Counted from the stretch's first letter, positions 18,235 through 28,486 are shown. The stretch: DNA of 32,000 nt from Hyphomicrobiales bacterium (GCA_028280515.1 JANQLP010000162.1:58092-90091), one strand, 5' to 3'. A program made the numbers and translations. Notes: generated by a model from the sequence alone, not told the origin.

Positions 18235-18964
18235 AGTGCTTTGTGAATCCGGTCAAAGGCAGCGCCACGGCGATGTCCTTCTTCTGAAGGTTCTGGAATA
18301 TCGCTCTGAGCTGCTTTCCTTTTTTCATGCCCGTGAGCATTTGGTCCGAGATCGGCCCACTCGCAAAGCAACCGTTCTGGTTACACGTCTGCAGGACCAT
18401 CCCTTGCGGCTTTTGATCGTCGATCTGTAGTCTGACGCCTGCGGGCAGGTACAAACCGAACGGCGTCTGTACGAGAAGCGAGGGCTTCTTGGTCTTTGCC
18501 GGCAAGGTCACCGTGACCCTGAGCACCAGCTTGCGGTTCTGTTTCAGCACGACGGCGCGGGACATCTGGCAGTTGAAGCCGCTGCCGCCGGCGGCGTTCT
18601 GACACTGGATGTTCCAGTCCGGTCGTTGCTCCGGCGGTGTGGCGGCCTGCGCCGTGGTTGGCTGTGTGGTTCGCGGCGGGGCCGGATTGGCTTGTTGTGG
18701 CGCGACGGCCGGTTTGCGTTTCGGCGCGGGCGTCGGTGTACGCTTTTGCTCCGCCGGTGCAGGCGCCTGACCAGGGCTGGTGAACCAGCTCGGACCCTGC
18801 GCCAATGCCGGCGTTTCGGTCCCAGGCGCTAACATGACTGCTATGAAGCCGGCCAACATACCGGCCACCGTCCGACCCCTGGCAACCGGCCCGCGTTCAT
18901 CAAACGCCTTCACGACACTCACATCCCTGCACGCACTCATCATCGACCCAATACACAATCGCAT
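18212..18964 (-). CDS. invasion-associated locus B (IalB) family protein
   Basis: The C-terminal 150 aa ('WNIQCQN...FNCQMS...LLVQTPFGLYLPAGVRLQIDD...QTCNQNGCFA...LTGFTKHY') fit the IalB family. A Pro/Ala-rich linker precedes them. The start is uncertain: 18964, or ATG 18859 directly before the signal peptide MLAGFIAVMLAP. Confidence 0.7.
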   Translation of the reverse strand: MRLCIGSMMSACRDVSVVKAFDERGPVARGRTVAGMLAGFIAVMLAPGTETPALAQGPSWFTSPGQAPAPAEQKRTPTPAPKRKPAVAPQQANPAPPRTTQPTTAQAATPPEQRPDWNIQCQNAAGGSGFNCQMSRAVVLKQNRKLVLRVTVTLPAKTKKPSLLVQTPFGLYLPAGVRLQIDDQKPQGMVLQTCNQNGCFASGPISDQMLTGMKKGKQLRAIFQNLQKKDIAVALPLTGFTKHYAQMESR

Positions 18965-18998
18965 AACTCAAGATTTCCAGATAAACGCCCGTGCCGTG

Positions 18999-19697
18999 TC
19001 AGCCCGGCTGGCGGGCGCGCTGACCGAATAGCACGGATTTGGCGTCCTTGTCCTTGCGCAAATCCCATTTGGCGCGCTCATCCTTGCCGACTTCCACGGC
19101 GCGCGCCACGGCGGGACGGTCGTGAATGCGGACATACCAGGCCTCCAGATAAGGAAACTCCTTGAGGTCCTGGCCCTGACGCTTATAGGGGCGGACCCAC
19201 GGGTAGGCCGCCATGTCGGCGATCGAGTATTCGCCCGCGAGATAGTCATTGTCCCTGAGCTGAATGTTCATGACCCCGTAGAGCCGGTTCACCTCGTCCG
19301 TATAGCGGTTGATGGAATACTCGTGCGCATCGTCCGCATACTGGCGGAAGTGGTGAGCCTGACCGGCCATCGGACCGAGACCGCCCATCTGCCAGAACAA
19401 CCACTGGTCGACGTTGGCGCGCGCGCGCTCATCCTGAGGATAGAACTGGCCCGTCTTGCGTCCGAGATACTGAAGGATCGCGCCGGACTCGAAGATCGAA
19501 AGCGGTTCACCGCCGGGCCCGTCGTGATCGACGATTGCCGGCATCCGGTTGTTCGGAGCGATCTTCAGAAACGCTTCGTCAAACTGATCGCCGCGCCCGA
19601 TATTGATGTATTTGACGTCGTAGGGAAGGCCCGTTTCCTCCAGAAAGATAGTGATTTTGAAGCCGTTCGGAGTCGGCCAGAAATACAGGTCAATCAT
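18999..19697 (-). CDS. yfcG: Nu-class glutathione S-transferase / GSH-dependent disulfide-bond oxidoreductase (YfcG-like)
   Basis: Near-collinear with my recollection of E. coli YfcG: 'MIDLYFWPTPNGFKITIFLEE', 'PNNRMPAIVDH', 'GGEPLSIFESGAILQYL', 'WLFWQMGGLGPM.GQ.HHF', 'YSIADMA.YPWV'. Confidence 0.8.
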   Translation of the reverse strand: MIDLYFWPTPNGFKITIFLEETGLPYDVKYINIGRGDQFDEAFLKIAPNNRMPAIVDHDGPGGEPLSIFESGAILQYLGRKTGQFYPQDERARANVDQWLFWQMGGLGPMAGQAHHFRQYADDAHEYSINRYTDEVNRLYGVMNIQLRDNDYLAGEYSIADMAAYPWVRPYKRQGQDLKEFPYLEAWYVRIHDRPAVARAVEVGKDERAKWDLRKDKDAKSVLFGQRARQPG

Positions 19698-19766
19698 TTG
19701 CTTAAACCCTAAAGTTTGGAAGACTGTTCAAGGCAGCCGGCGCCGCCACCGGACACGTTCAAGAGC

Positions 19767-20741
19767 TTACGGCAGCAGCACTGTCGAGCCGGTTGTCTTG
19801 CGGCCCTCCAGATCGATGTGCGCCTGCGTCGCCTCGGCCAGTGGATAGGTCTGGTTGATCTCGATCTTGACGTCGCCCGAACTCACCACGTCAAACAAGG
19901 CGCCCGAGAGTTCTTCCAGGTCGGCACGGTCCGCGATGTGGGTGAAGAGCGTCGGGCGGGTCGCATAGAGCGATCCCTTCTGCGCCAGCAGGCCCATGTT
20001 GATATCGGGCAGCGGTCCGGACGCCTGACCGAACGTGGCCCACAGGCCGAACTTCTTGAGGCAATCGAGGGATGCGGGAAACGTGTCCTTGCCGATGGAG
20101 TCGTAGACCACATCGCAGCCCTTGCCGTCGGTCAGTTCCTTGACGCGTTCCACGAAATCTTCGTCGCGGTAGTTGATGGTGTGCGTGCACCCAAGTGACT
20201 CTGCCAGCTCCGCCTTTTCTGCGGATCCGACCGTACCGATCATGGTGGCGCCGAGCTTCTTTGCCCATTGGCATACGATCAGGCCGACGCCGCCGGCAGC
20301 GGCATGGAACAGGAACGTCGTTTCGGGCCCCACCTTATAGGTGCGTAACAGCAAATAGGCCGCAGTCATACCCTTAAGCATCATGGCCGCACCGGTCCGG
20401 TCCTCAATCCCGTCGGGAAGCACAACCAGCCTGTCGGCGGGCACGATGCGCTCCTCAGCGTAGGACCCGATCGCGCCGCAATAGGCAACCCGATCGCCGG
20501 GCTTGACGTGGGAGACACCCTCGCCCACGGCGACAACCTCGCCCGCGCCTTCCATGCCCGGCGTGAACGGCATCGTCTCTTGCGGATAGGTTCCGGTGCG
20601 GAAATAGACATCGATGTAATTCAGCCCGACGCCTGTCTGCTTGAGCCGCGCCTCGCCGGGACCCGGGTCGCCGACCTCGACCTCCTCCCACTTCATGACC
20701 TCGGGGCCGCCGGTCTCGTGAATTTGAATCGCATGCGTCAT
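19767..20741 (-). CDS. qor: NADPH:quinone oxidoreductase (zeta-crystallin type MDR)
   Basis: ATG 20741 (MTHAIQIHETGGPEVMKWEEV...) gives 324 aa, with 'GVGLNYIDVYFRTGTYP' and 'AAAGGVG' nucleotide-binding motifs. The upstream ORF extension is rejected. Confidence 0.8.
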   Translation of the reverse strand: MTHAIQIHETGGPEVMKWEEVEVGDPGPGEARLKQTGVGLNYIDVYFRTGTYPQETMPFTPGMEGAGEVVAVGEGVSHVKPGDRVAYCGAIGSYAEERIVPADRLVVLPDGIEDRTGAAMMLKGMTAAYLLLRTYKVGPETTFLFHAAAGGVGLIVCQWAKKLGATMIGTVGSAEKAELAESLGCTHTINYRDEDFVERVKELTDGKGCDVVYDSIGKDTFPASLDCLKKFGLWATFGQASGPLPDINMGLLAQKGSLYATRPTLFTHIADRADLEELSGALFDVVSSGDVKIEINQTYPLAEATQAHIDLEGRKTTGSTVLLP

Positions 20742-20935
20742 GGTACGAACACCCTCTGTTAAACTCGATTTTCCGGCGACATTAGCAGTATTGACCGCGT
20801 CGCGCGCTAGCCCCGTTCCCGCCTCGTGCGAAAAACTGCTTCCTCGCCCATCTGCCCGGCCTCGCAAGAATTGGGTGGCCTCTCTCCCGATCAGGCAGTA
20901 CCCCTTGGCCGTCGCGTCATGATCGGGAGGGACAT

Positions 20936-21826
20936 GTGGGACTGGCGGACTGGCTCCGGATATTGCTGCTGTCGCTCCTTTGGGGCAGCTCGTTCTTCTA
21001 CATCGAGATTGCTCTGCAATCCTCCGGACCACTGACCATCGTCCTTGCGCGCGTTGCTCTCGCGGCGACAGCGCTGATGCTCTATTGCAAACTGCGCGGC
21101 ACGCCCATTGCGCTCAATCGCCGCGTTCTGGGCAGTCTGTGCGTCCTGGCTCTTCTCGGGAGCGTTCTGCCCTTTTCGCTCATCACGGCCGGTCAAACCC
21201 AAATCGAGAGCGGCCTGACCGCCATTCTGATCGCGGCGACCCCGTTCTTTACCGTTCTGCTCGGACACGTGTGGTCCCGCATGGAGCCCGCGACGCTTCC
21301 GAAGATCGCCGGCATACTCATCGGAATGGCGGGCGTCGCAGTGCTCATGGGAGTCGATGTCGGACAGGGACTTTCGGGAAGTCTCATCGGGCAATTGGCA
21401 GTTCTCACCGCCGCGTTCGTTTATGCGTCCTCGGCCCTCTACGCCCGCCGTTTCCGGGAGATGCCTCCGTCGCTCCTGTCTGCGTGGATGCTGACGTTTT
21501 CGACGCTGATCCTGGCGCCCGTTGCTTTCCTGATGGAGCGCCCGTTCGAGACGTTCCCTGAGCCGTCAGGGCTTGCCGCAATTGCCGCCCTCGCCCTTCT
21601 CTCGACGGCATTCGCCTACCTGCTCTATTTCCGCGTCCTCGCCAGCGCAGGCGCGACGAACGCGATGCTCGTTACTTTCGTGCAACCGCTGGTGGCTGTC
21701 CTGCTCGGCGTACTGTTCCTGCATGAGCGTTTCGAGGTGCATCACCTTGCCGGGATGATGCTGATCTTCATCGGCCTGGCGCTGGTGGATGGCCGTGTTG
21801 TTCGTTATGTCGCTAGGCGCGCGTGA
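20936..21826 (+). CDS. EamA/DMT-family transporter
   Basis: GTG start with GGGAGGGA upstream. 296 aa with about 10 TM segments; 'LLWGSSFFYIEIAL' is typical of an EamA repeat. Confidence 0.75.
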   Translation: MGLADWLRILLLSLLWGSSFFYIEIALQSSGPLTIVLARVALAATALMLYCKLRGTPIALNRRVLGSLCVLALLGSVLPFSLITAGQTQIESGLTAILIAATPFFTVLLGHVWSRMEPATLPKIAGILIGMAGVAVLMGVDVGQGLSGSLIGQLAVLTAAFVYASSALYARRFREMPPSLLSAWMLTFSTLILAPVAFLMERPFETFPEPSGLAAIAALALLSTAFAYLLYFRVLASAGATNAMLVTFVQPLVAVLLGVLFLHERFEVHHLAGMMLIFIGLALVDGRVVRYVARRA

Positions 21827-21833
21827 GCGCTGA

Positions 21834-23315
21834 TCAACCCTCACCGACGTCCAGTTTCTCCCGGAGCAGCTGATTGACCATTTGCGGATTGGCCTTGCCG
21901 CCGGTCTTCTGCATGACCTGACCAACGAACCAGCCGAGCGTCTGCGGCTTGGATTTGACCTGCTCGACCTGTTTCGGGTTGGCGGCGATCACTTCATCCA
22001 CCACCTTCTCGATCTCTCCCGTGTCGGTGACCTGCTTGAGGCCGCGTTCCTCGACGAGCTTCGCCGGATCATCTCCCGTCTCCCATACGAGGTCGTACAG
22101 ATCCTTGGCGATCTTGCCTGAGATGGTCCCGTCGGCCGTCATTTTCAGGATCGAGGTGTTGGCCTCGGCCGACACGGGCGCATCTTCGAAGTCGATGCCT
22201 TCCTTGTTGACCCGGCCAAGATGCTGGTTGAGCACCCAGTTCACGGCCGCGCCCGGATCGGCACCCAATCCCACCATCTTCTCGAAATAGTCGGCCCGCT
22301 CCTTCTCCGCGACCAGAACCTCCGCATCGTAATGCTGCAGGCTCCACTCCTTCATGAACCGTGCCTTCTTCTGATCGGGCAGTTCCGGCAGGTGTCCCGC
22401 CAGATCGTCGACATAGGCTTGCGTGAACTCCAGCGGCAACAAGTCGGGATCGGGGAAATAGCGATAGTCGTGCGCCTCTTCCTTGGTGCGCATGGAACGG
22501 GTTTCGCCGGTCCTGGGATCGAACAGGCGCGTCTCCTGCTCGATTTCGCCGCCATCCTCGATAATCTCGATCTGACGGCGGGCTTCATATTCGATGGCCT
22601 GGCCGATGAAGCGGATGGAGTTGACGTTCTTGATCTCGCAGCGTGTGCCAAGGTCCGCCCCCGGACGCCGCACGGAGACGTTCACATCCGCCCTGAGCGA
22701 CCCCTCTTCCATGTTCCCGTCGCACGTTCCGAGGTAGCGTAGGATCGAGCGCAACTTGGAAACGTAAGCCTGCGCCTGGGCCGAGGATCGGATGTCCGGC
22801 TTGGACACGATTTCCATCAAAGCGACGCCGGAGCGGTTGAGATCGACGTAGGACGATTTCGGGTCCTGATCGTGCAGGCTCTTGCCGGCATCCTGCTCGA
22901 GGTGAAGACGCTCGATGCCGACACGGACTTCCTCGTCGTCCTCCATGTCGAGCAAGACCTCGCCCTCGCCGACGATGGGCTGGGTGAACTGGGAGATCTG
23001 ATAGCCCTGCGGCAGGTCGGGATAGAAATAGTTCTTGCGGTCGAACACCGAGCGCAGATTGATCCTGGCATTGAGGCCGAGGCCGGTACGGACCGCCTGC
23101 GCGACACACTCTTCGTTGATCACCGGCAACATGCCCGGCATGGCGGCATCCACGAGGCTGACATGGGCATTCGGTTCGCCGCCGAACTCGGTCGAAGCCC
23201 CGGAAAAAAGCTTGGCTTGTGAGGTGACCTGCGCATGGACCTCCATGCCGATGACCATCTCCCAGTCGCCGGTCGACGAGTTGATCAGGTGCGTCGGGCT
23301 GTTGTCATTTGCCAT
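21834..23315 (-). CDS. gatB: Asp-tRNA(Asn)/Glu-tRNA(Gln) amidotransferase subunit B
   Basis: '[13 protein letters not shown]', '[15 protein letters not shown]' and a C-terminal YqeY-like tail; 493 aa. Confidence 0.95.
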   Translation of the reverse strand: MANDNSPTHLINSSTGDWEMVIGMEVHAQVTSQAKLFSGASTEFGGEPNAHVSLVDAAMPGMLPVINEECVAQAVRTGLGLNARINLRSVFDRKNYFYPDLPQGYQISQFTQPIVGEGEVLLDMEDDEEVRVGIERLHLEQDAGKSLHDQDPKSSYVDLNRSGVALMEIVSKPDIRSSAQAQAYVSKLRSILRYLGTCDGNMEEGSLRADVNVSVRRPGADLGTRCEIKNVNSIRFIGQAIEYEARRQIEIIEDGGEIEQETRLFDPRTGETRSMRTKEEAHDYRYFPDPDLLPLEFTQAYVDDLAGHLPELPDQKKARFMKEWSLQHYDAEVLVAEKERADYFEKMVGLGADPGAAVNWVLNQHLGRVNKEGIDFEDAPVSAEANTSILKMTADGTISGKIAKDLYDLVWETGDDPAKLVEERGLKQVTDTGEIEKVVDEVIAANPKQVEQVKSKPQTLGWFVGQVMQKTGGKANPQMVNQLLREKLDVGEG

Positions 23316-23616
23316 CTAACGCCTCACGCAGTTTCTCTTCCTCATACTGGATGAACCAGCCGATCATCTGCCGCCAAAGCGCCTCGGCGAGCTCCGGCGG
23401 CAGATCCTTTTCCTCCGCCTGCGCCCGCACCTTGTCGACGACCTGCTGGATGCGCCAGGGTACGACCGCGTCTTCCGGATTTTTCTTCAGTTGCCAGGCC
23501 CGGTCGACATATCCGAAACGCTCCGCGATCAGCTCGACAAGTACCCGATCGAGCCGGTCGATCTCGACGCGAACATGATCCATGCTTTCACACTCTTCCG
23601 GTTTGCGCGGTGCCAT
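23305..23616 (-). CDS. chorismate mutase (AroQ class) family protein
   Basis: 103 aa all-helical protein. '[20 protein letters not shown]' matches the AroQ N-terminal R-x-x-ID-x-x-D/L pattern. Its stop overlaps the gatB start by 11 nt. Confidence 0.6.
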   Translation of the reverse strand: MAPRKPEECESMDHVRVEIDRLDRVLVELIAERFGYVDRAWQLKKNPEDAVVPWRIQQVVDKVRAQAEEKDLPPELAEALWRQMIGWFIQYEEEKLREALDGK

Positions 23617-23631
23617 AGTGCCGTTTCCTAT

Positions 23632-24066
23632 CTAATCCGTTGCCGCCCAGGCATTCTGCCAGTTTTCGTCACCCTCGACGATCAGGGCGTCCGCCTCGAT
23701 CTCGATCATCCAGTCGGGATCGAGCAATCCCGACACTTCAACCATTGTGGCCGCCGGGCGGATGTCGCCAAAGACTTCGCCATGCGCGCGGCCGACCTGC
23801 TCCCAGAGCGAGGCGTCGGTCAGAAACATGCGCGTGCGCACGACATGTCTGAGGTCGGCGCCCGCTTCATGCAATGCCTCGCCAATGACCTCCAGACATC
23901 GCCGCGTCTGCGCCGCCGCATCGCCGACGCCAACCGTCTTGCCGTCCGGCCCGATGGGCGCGGACCCGCTCACGAACACCATGTTCCCGACACGCACCGC
24001 GCGCGAAAAACCGATCGGCTTCTCATAGGGGCTTCCCGAGGAGACCAGTTGCCGGTTTTCGCTCAT
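23632..24066 (-). CDS. RidA/YjgF/TdcF family (reactive intermediate deaminase-like) protein
   Basis: '[16 protein letters not shown]', '[15 protein letters not shown]' and 'VVRTRMFL' are typical RidA-family blocks. ATG 24066 overlaps the gatA stop (ATGA). Confidence 0.75.
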   Translation of the reverse strand: MSENRQLVSSGSPYEKPIGFSRAVRVGNMVFVSGSAPIGPDGKTVGVGDAAAQTRRCLEVIGEALHEAGADLRHVVRTRMFLTDASLWEQVGRAHGEVFGDIRPAATMVEVSGLLDPDWMIEIEADALIVEGDENWQNAWAATD

Positions 24067-25547
24067 GACGTGCTCCACCAGTTTTCGGGCTCGGGCAGTT
24101 TTCCGGCAGCCTGCTCGATCACGTGTCCCACGCGGAACAGCATCTCTTCATCGAATGCCCTGGAGATGAGCTGAAGCCCGAGCGGCGTGCCCTCGCCGGA
24201 CAGCCCTCCGGGGATCGAGATCCCCGGCAAGCCGGACATGTTGGCGGGCACCGTGAAAATGTCGTTCAGATACATCTCGATCGGGTCACCGGACTTCTCG
24301 CCAAGCGCAAAGGCCGGCCCTGGTGTCGCCGGGGTGAGGAGCACGTCGACATCTTCGAAGACCTGCTCGAAGTCCCGCTTGATGAGCGTACGCACCCGCT
24401 GCGCTTTGAGATAGTAGGCGTCATAGTACCCGGCGGACAGCACGTAGGTGCCGATCAGCACACGCCGCTTGACCTCCGCGCCGAACCCGGCGGCGCGCGT
24501 CTTTTCGTACATGTCGACGATATCGTCGCCCTCGATCCGCAAGCCATACCGCACGCCGTCATAACGCGCGAGGTTCGACGAGGCCTCCGCCGGTGCGACG
24601 ATGTAATAGGCGGGCAGCGCATACTTCGTGTGCGGCAGGCTGACGTCGGAAATCTCCGCCCCGGCATCCTTGAGCCAGTCGATGCCCGTTTGCCACAGAG
24701 CTTCGATCTCCGCCGGCATGCCCTCCATGCTGTACTCCCTGGGGATGCCGACCTTCAGGCCTTTGATGCTCTCACCGACCGCCGCCTCGTAGTCGGGTAC
24801 GGGCATGTTGACGCTGGTCGTGTCCTTTTCGTCGTAACCGGCCATGGCGCCGAGCATGATCGCGGAGTCCCGCACCGTCCGCGTGATCGGGCCGGCTTGG
24901 TCAAGCGATGAGGCGAACGCGACAATGCCCCAGCGCGAACAGCGCCCGTAGGTCGGTTTCAGGCCCACGGTGCCCGTCAGCGAAGCCGGTTGGCGGATCG
25001 AACCGCCGGTATCCGTCGCCGTGGCACCCTGGGCCAGACAGGCCGCGACCGCGCTCGCCGACCCGCCGGACGATCCGCCCGGAACGAGCTTCGCATCGCT
25101 TCCCGAACGCCGCCATGGATTGATGACGGGTTCGTAGTAGCTCGTTTCGTTGGAAGACCCCATGGCGAACTCGTCGCAGTTGAGCTTGCCGAGCATCACC
25201 GCGCCAGCGTTCCAGAGGTTCCGCGTGACAGTCGATTCATAGCCCGGCTCGAACCCGTCGAGGATGTGCGAACAGGCCGTGGTCCGCACACCCTTCGTGC
25301 AGAACAGGTCCTTGATGCCGAGCGGAATTCCCTCCAACGGTCCCGCCTCGCCTTTTGCCAGCCGCTCGTCGCTCGCCCGCGCCATCTCAAGCGCATGATC
25401 CGGCGTCGGCAGAATGAACGCGTTCAGCGCCGCGTTGCCGCCGTCAATGGCCTGAATGTGCGCCTGCGTCAGCTCCTCGGCCGACAGCTCCCTGGCTGCC
25501 AATGCGTCGCGTGTTTCGGCTATGGAGAGACGCGTGGGATCGCTCAC
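24063..25547 (-). CDS. gatA: Asp-tRNA(Asn)/Glu-tRNA(Gln) amidotransferase subunit A
   Basis: Amidase signature '[12 protein letters not shown]' and '[14 protein letters not shown]'. 494 aa, GTG start. Confidence 0.95.
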   Translation of the reverse strand: MSDPTRLSIAETRDALAARELSAEELTQAHIQAIDGGNAALNAFILPTPDHALEMARASDERLAKGEAGPLEGIPLGIKDLFCTKGVRTTACSHILDGFEPGYESTVTRNLWNAGAVMLGKLNCDEFAMGSSNETSYYEPVINPWRRSGSDAKLVPGGSSGGSASAVAACLAQGATATDTGGSIRQPASLTGTVGLKPTYGRCSRWGIVAFASSLDQAGPITRTVRDSAIMLGAMAGYDEKDTTSVNMPVPDYEAAVGESIKGLKVGIPREYSMEGMPAEIEALWQTGIDWLKDAGAEISDVSLPHTKYALPAYYIVAPAEASSNLARYDGVRYGLRIEGDDIVDMYEKTRAAGFGAEVKRRVLIGTYVLSAGYYDAYYLKAQRVRTLIKRDFEQVFEDVDVLLTPATPGPAFALGEKSGDPIEMYLNDIFTVPANMSGLPGISIPGGLSGEGTPLGLQLISRAFDEEMLFRVGHVIEQAAGKLPEPENWWSTS

Positions 25548-25551
25548 CGGC

Positions 25552-25839
25552 TCACTCCACGACCTTGGGTACGACGAAGAACGTGCCCGCGTGTTGCGGG
25601 GCGTTTCGAACGATTTCTTCCGGATACCCGCCGTCCGTCACCTTGTCCGTACGCATGTGCATTTCCATCTCGGTGACGCACGTCATCGGCTCGACACCGT
25701 CGGTCTCCACCTCGTCCAGCTGTTCGACCCAGTCGAGGATACCGGTGAGTTCGCCCTTGAGCGTCTTCGCCTCCGCATCGTCGACCTTGATGCGTGCGAG
25801 CCGGGCGATCTTGCGCACCGTCGCGTCGTCAATTTCCAT
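25552..25839 (-). CDS. gatC: Asp-tRNA(Asn)/Glu-tRNA(Gln) amidotransferase subunit C
   Basis: ATG 25839 ([19 protein letters not shown]...) gives 95 aa. '[13 protein letters not shown]'-like block. It ends 4 nt upstream of gatA. Confidence 0.9.
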   Translation of the reverse strand: MEIDDATVRKIARLARIKVDDAEAKTLKGELTGILDWVEQLDEVETDGVEPMTCVTEMEMHMRTDKVTDGGYPEEIVRNAPQHAGTFFVVPKVVE

Positions 25840-25932
25840 GAAGTCGCCTTCACTCTTGAAAGTCGATTGTTGAGGGTGCACTCATAGCTCGCGCGATATC
25901 CCTGCGCAACACAGCTGACACGGGAACCGGCA

Positions 25933-26415
25933 ATGGCCGAATTGAGCGATGCCAACAAGCGGTTCGTCGACGGCGCGAAGAGCTGCGGCATCGACGTCGA
26001 GATTCGCGTCATGGCGGACAGCACACGGACAGCCGAGGACGCGGCCCGGGCGTGCGGCTGCACCGTGGAGCGGATCGTCAAGTCGCTCGTCTTTCAAGGG
26101 GCGCGGAGCGGAAAGCCGTACCTTCTGCTCGTGTCCGGTCCCAACCGCGTGAACGAGAAAGGCGTCGCCGCCACGATCGGCGAGCCGCTCGCCAGGCCCG
26201 ATGCGGACTTCGTTCGGGAAACAACAGGGTATGCCATCGGCGGTATCCCGCCGCTGGCCCACAAGACGCCGCTCGCTACCTATATGGACGGCGACCTGCT
26301 TGCCTTCGAAACGGTCTGGGCCGCGGCCGGTACGCCGAAGGCGGTGTTCGAGGTGTCCCCCGCCACGCTTCGCGATGCAGCAGGCGCGGAGGTCATTGAC
26401 GTGACGGGCGGCTGA
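25933..26415 (+). CDS. YbaK/EbsC-type aminoacyl-tRNA deacylase (trans-editing domain)
   Basis: 160 aa. 'IVKSLVF', 'LLLVSGPNRVNEK' and 'TGYAIGGIPPL' match the YbaK/ProX family pattern. Confidence 0.75.
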   Translation: MAELSDANKRFVDGAKSCGIDVEIRVMADSTRTAEDAARACGCTVERIVKSLVFQGARSGKPYLLLVSGPNRVNEKGVAATIGEPLARPDADFVRETTGYAIGGIPPLAHKTPLATYMDGDLLAFETVWAAAGTPKAVFEVSPATLRDAAGAEVIDVTGG

Positions 26416-26438
26416 GCGCGGGGCCTTTTAGAAGCGAA

Positions 26439-26468
26439 GAGCCGCTCACCCGTGAGGGTGAACGGCTC
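26439..26468. terminator. GC-rich hairpin between convergent genes
   Basis: GAGCCGCTCACCC / GGGTGAACGGCTC 13-bp stem (one C-A mismatch) with a GTGA tetraloop, 24 nt after the ybaK-like stop. Only a weak U-tract on the minus strand. Confidence 0.5.
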
Positions 26469-26573
26469 GACGACTGGATGAAGTACGTCAGATTTTTTGG
26501 GGTCGGGACGGACCGTCAGACTCCGAAACAACCGGTCCGCCACGACCTCCCAATGCAATCCAAAGAGGACTGC

Positions 26574-26693
26574 TTAGTTGCCGACCAGCGACTGCATGTA
26601 CCAGAACTTGTCCGCCTTCGTGATGGCGTACGCGGCGTTGGTCATGACAAACGCGGAAACGGTCAAAGCGAGAGCTGTGAGGGTGGTCTTCAT
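26574..26693 (-). CDS. 39-aa micro-protein with signal peptide (hypothetical)
   Basis: ATG 26693 is preceded by GGAG (GGAGTATATCCTATG). MKTTLTALALTVSAFVMTNAAYA|ITKADKFWYMQSLVGN has an A-x-A cleavage site and leaves a 16-aa mature peptide. Confidence 0.45.
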   Translation of the reverse strand: MKTTLTALALTVSAFVMTNAAYAITKADKFWYMQSLVGN

Positions 26694-27130
26694 AGGATAT
26701 ACTCCTTCGTTCTTTTCATTCACGTTCACACCACCGGCTCTAGGCGGTTGGGAGGAAGCCCGCCGGCGTGCCCTATCATTTGGGGTGGGTGACCGCGGAA
26801 GGAAGGACATCTCGCGGGCGTGTCATAATTGTTGTCCGCACGGCGTGCGTGAGCGGGAAACAGCGCCTTGAAGTGACGGATTGCACACGAGCACGCCGCT
26901 TCCGCCGCCGCAGATTTTTCGCTGAAATCCAAGCTATTCGGGGTCGCCTGACGCGCGGATTACCGTCATGTAACGTTCATCACACTGATTTTTGGACCGA
27001 ACCTGAAACCGTTCGGCGCCGGCGTTCGTTCGCACCCGCACTCAACCGAAATGGACCGGCGTTTCCGGCGGCAGGCGTGACAATTACGCCCCCGCCGCTC
27101 ACCTTCACCTGTAAACAGACCGCTCCTGCC

Positions 27131-28090
27131 CTAGATCCCGTCGGGCACCGGTTCCCCGGCATCCTGGAGTTTCGCGCGCAGCCTGTCGAACAGGGCTTCC
27201 AGCTCCTTCGTGTCGTCGGCATCCATTGCCGGGCCCGGTGCACGCGCCAGCGGGCAGGAGAGCGCGCCAAGCCGCCGAAGCGACTCTTTTCTGAGCGCGA
27301 GGCCGAACCCGAACTGTTGTTCGTGCCGGATCAGGGGCAGGTAAAGATCGAACAGATCCTCTGCTTCGTCCGCCTTCCCTTCCGCGAACAGTTCGTAGAC
27401 CTTGACCAGCGAGCCGATGAACGCAAAGCCCGTCATGATGCCGTCGGCACCGCGACGCAGCTCCTGCGGCACGTACAGGCCCCCATTACCCGTGAGGATC
27501 GAGACACGGCGCACGCCCTCCGTGTCTGGGGCATTGCGAAGGGCAGTCAGCTTGCGGTGGCCGGGGCAATCCTCGTGCTTGAACATCTTGATGCGCGGAT
27601 GATCGGTGATCAGCCTGTTGATCACCGCATTGGAGAAATAGACGGTCGTGGTGGGCGGGTAGTCCTGCAGACAGACGGGCGTCGCGTCGTCGAGTTTGGA
27701 CATCACCTTGTCGAAATAGCCCAGCACCTGCTCATCGGTTTTCAGGCCGCCGATACCGGCAACCATCACGCCGGCGGCGCCCGCATCCATCGACGCCTTG
27801 GACAACGCCGCCAGATTGTCGATGCCGGGATTGGAGACCCCAACGATCACCGGAACGCGCCCGCCGACCCGTTTGATGTAGCGCTGCATAAGCTCGGTCT
27901 GCTCGGAGTCCGTCAACTTCGGCGCCTCGCCCATCACGCCGAGGACCGTCATTCCGTGTACACCCTGGTCGATATAGAAGTCCGTCAGACTGTCGACGCT
28001 GTCGAAATCCACCTCACCGGACTCGGTGAACGGCGTCGCCGCGATGACGTAAACGCCCTTGGCCGATTCATCGAGAAGTTTGCCTGTCAT
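27131..28090 (-). CDS. dihydrodipicolinate synthase / N-acetylneuraminate lyase family protein
   Basis: 'ATPFTESGEVDFDSV', 'GVHGMTVLGVMGE' and 'PVIVGVS' are typical class I aldolase DHDPS-family blocks; 319 aa. Confidence 0.8.
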   Translation of the reverse strand: MTGKLLDESAKGVYVIAATPFTESGEVDFDSVDSLTDFYIDQGVHGMTVLGVMGEAPKLTDSEQTELMQRYIKRVGGRVPVIVGVSNPGIDNLAALSKASMDAGAAGVMVAGIGGLKTDEQVLGYFDKVMSKLDDATPVCLQDYPPTTTVYFSNAVINRLITDHPRIKMFKHEDCPGHRKLTALRNAPDTEGVRRVSILTGNGGLYVPQELRRGADGIMTGFAFIGSLVKVYELFAEGKADEAEDLFDLYLPLIRHEQQFGFGLALRKESLRRLGALSCPLARAPGPAMDADDTKELEALFDRLRAKLQDAGEPVPDGI

Positions 28091-28486
28091 GCTCCCGTTT
28101 CACTCCCTGCTTTGAAGTTGTTTTTGCTTTCAACCCGTCCGCCACGCCCGGGGGGCCTGTGACTTGCTTCTGATCTATCACAGGTGCGGACAGATACAGC
28201 ACGTTCAGAATGGACGGCAATTCCCACATTTGCTCGGCTCGGAACGCACCGCGCAATTCCGCCAATTCTCCAGGTGTGGTTTGAAAGACCTGCTGACATG
28301 TCCGTTTTCGGACGCGGAACAGCCGCAAATCAATTTGGCATCACATTAACCATCATGACCCAGGGGACAGTTCTTTTCCAAATTGTTCGAATTAAGATAT
28401 TCGAGAAGAATAACGACTTGGATGCATATAAAATATATACTATGATACACCTTAATCTGTTCTTTTTTTGATGTTGGACTATTGAA

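Noticed and set aside
20742-21032. N-terminal extension of the qor ORF (to 21032)
   Set aside because: The MDR GroES-like domain begins at the internal ATG 20741. The extension overlaps the divergent EamA gene start.
24123-24911. 262-aa + strand ORF, and 24990-25676 + ORF
   Set aside because: Both are antisense to gatA, whose identity is unambiguous.
26768-28162. 464-aa + strand ORF
   Set aside because: It is antisense to the DHDPS-family gene (27131-28090). It has no recognisable motifs and an Arg-rich composition, and it runs through the intergenic region.
28160-28486. Non-coding RNA, retron-like or integrase-remnant signal in the 390-bp gap upstream of the EEP gene (three CAATTC copies, a small GTCCG-TTTT-CGGAC hairpin, a Cys-rich 41-codon frame on the minus strand)
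   Set aside because: The repeats are only 6 nt and the hairpin only 5 bp. The Cys-rich frame lacks an ATG and an RBS. Nothing rises above chance expectation for this length.
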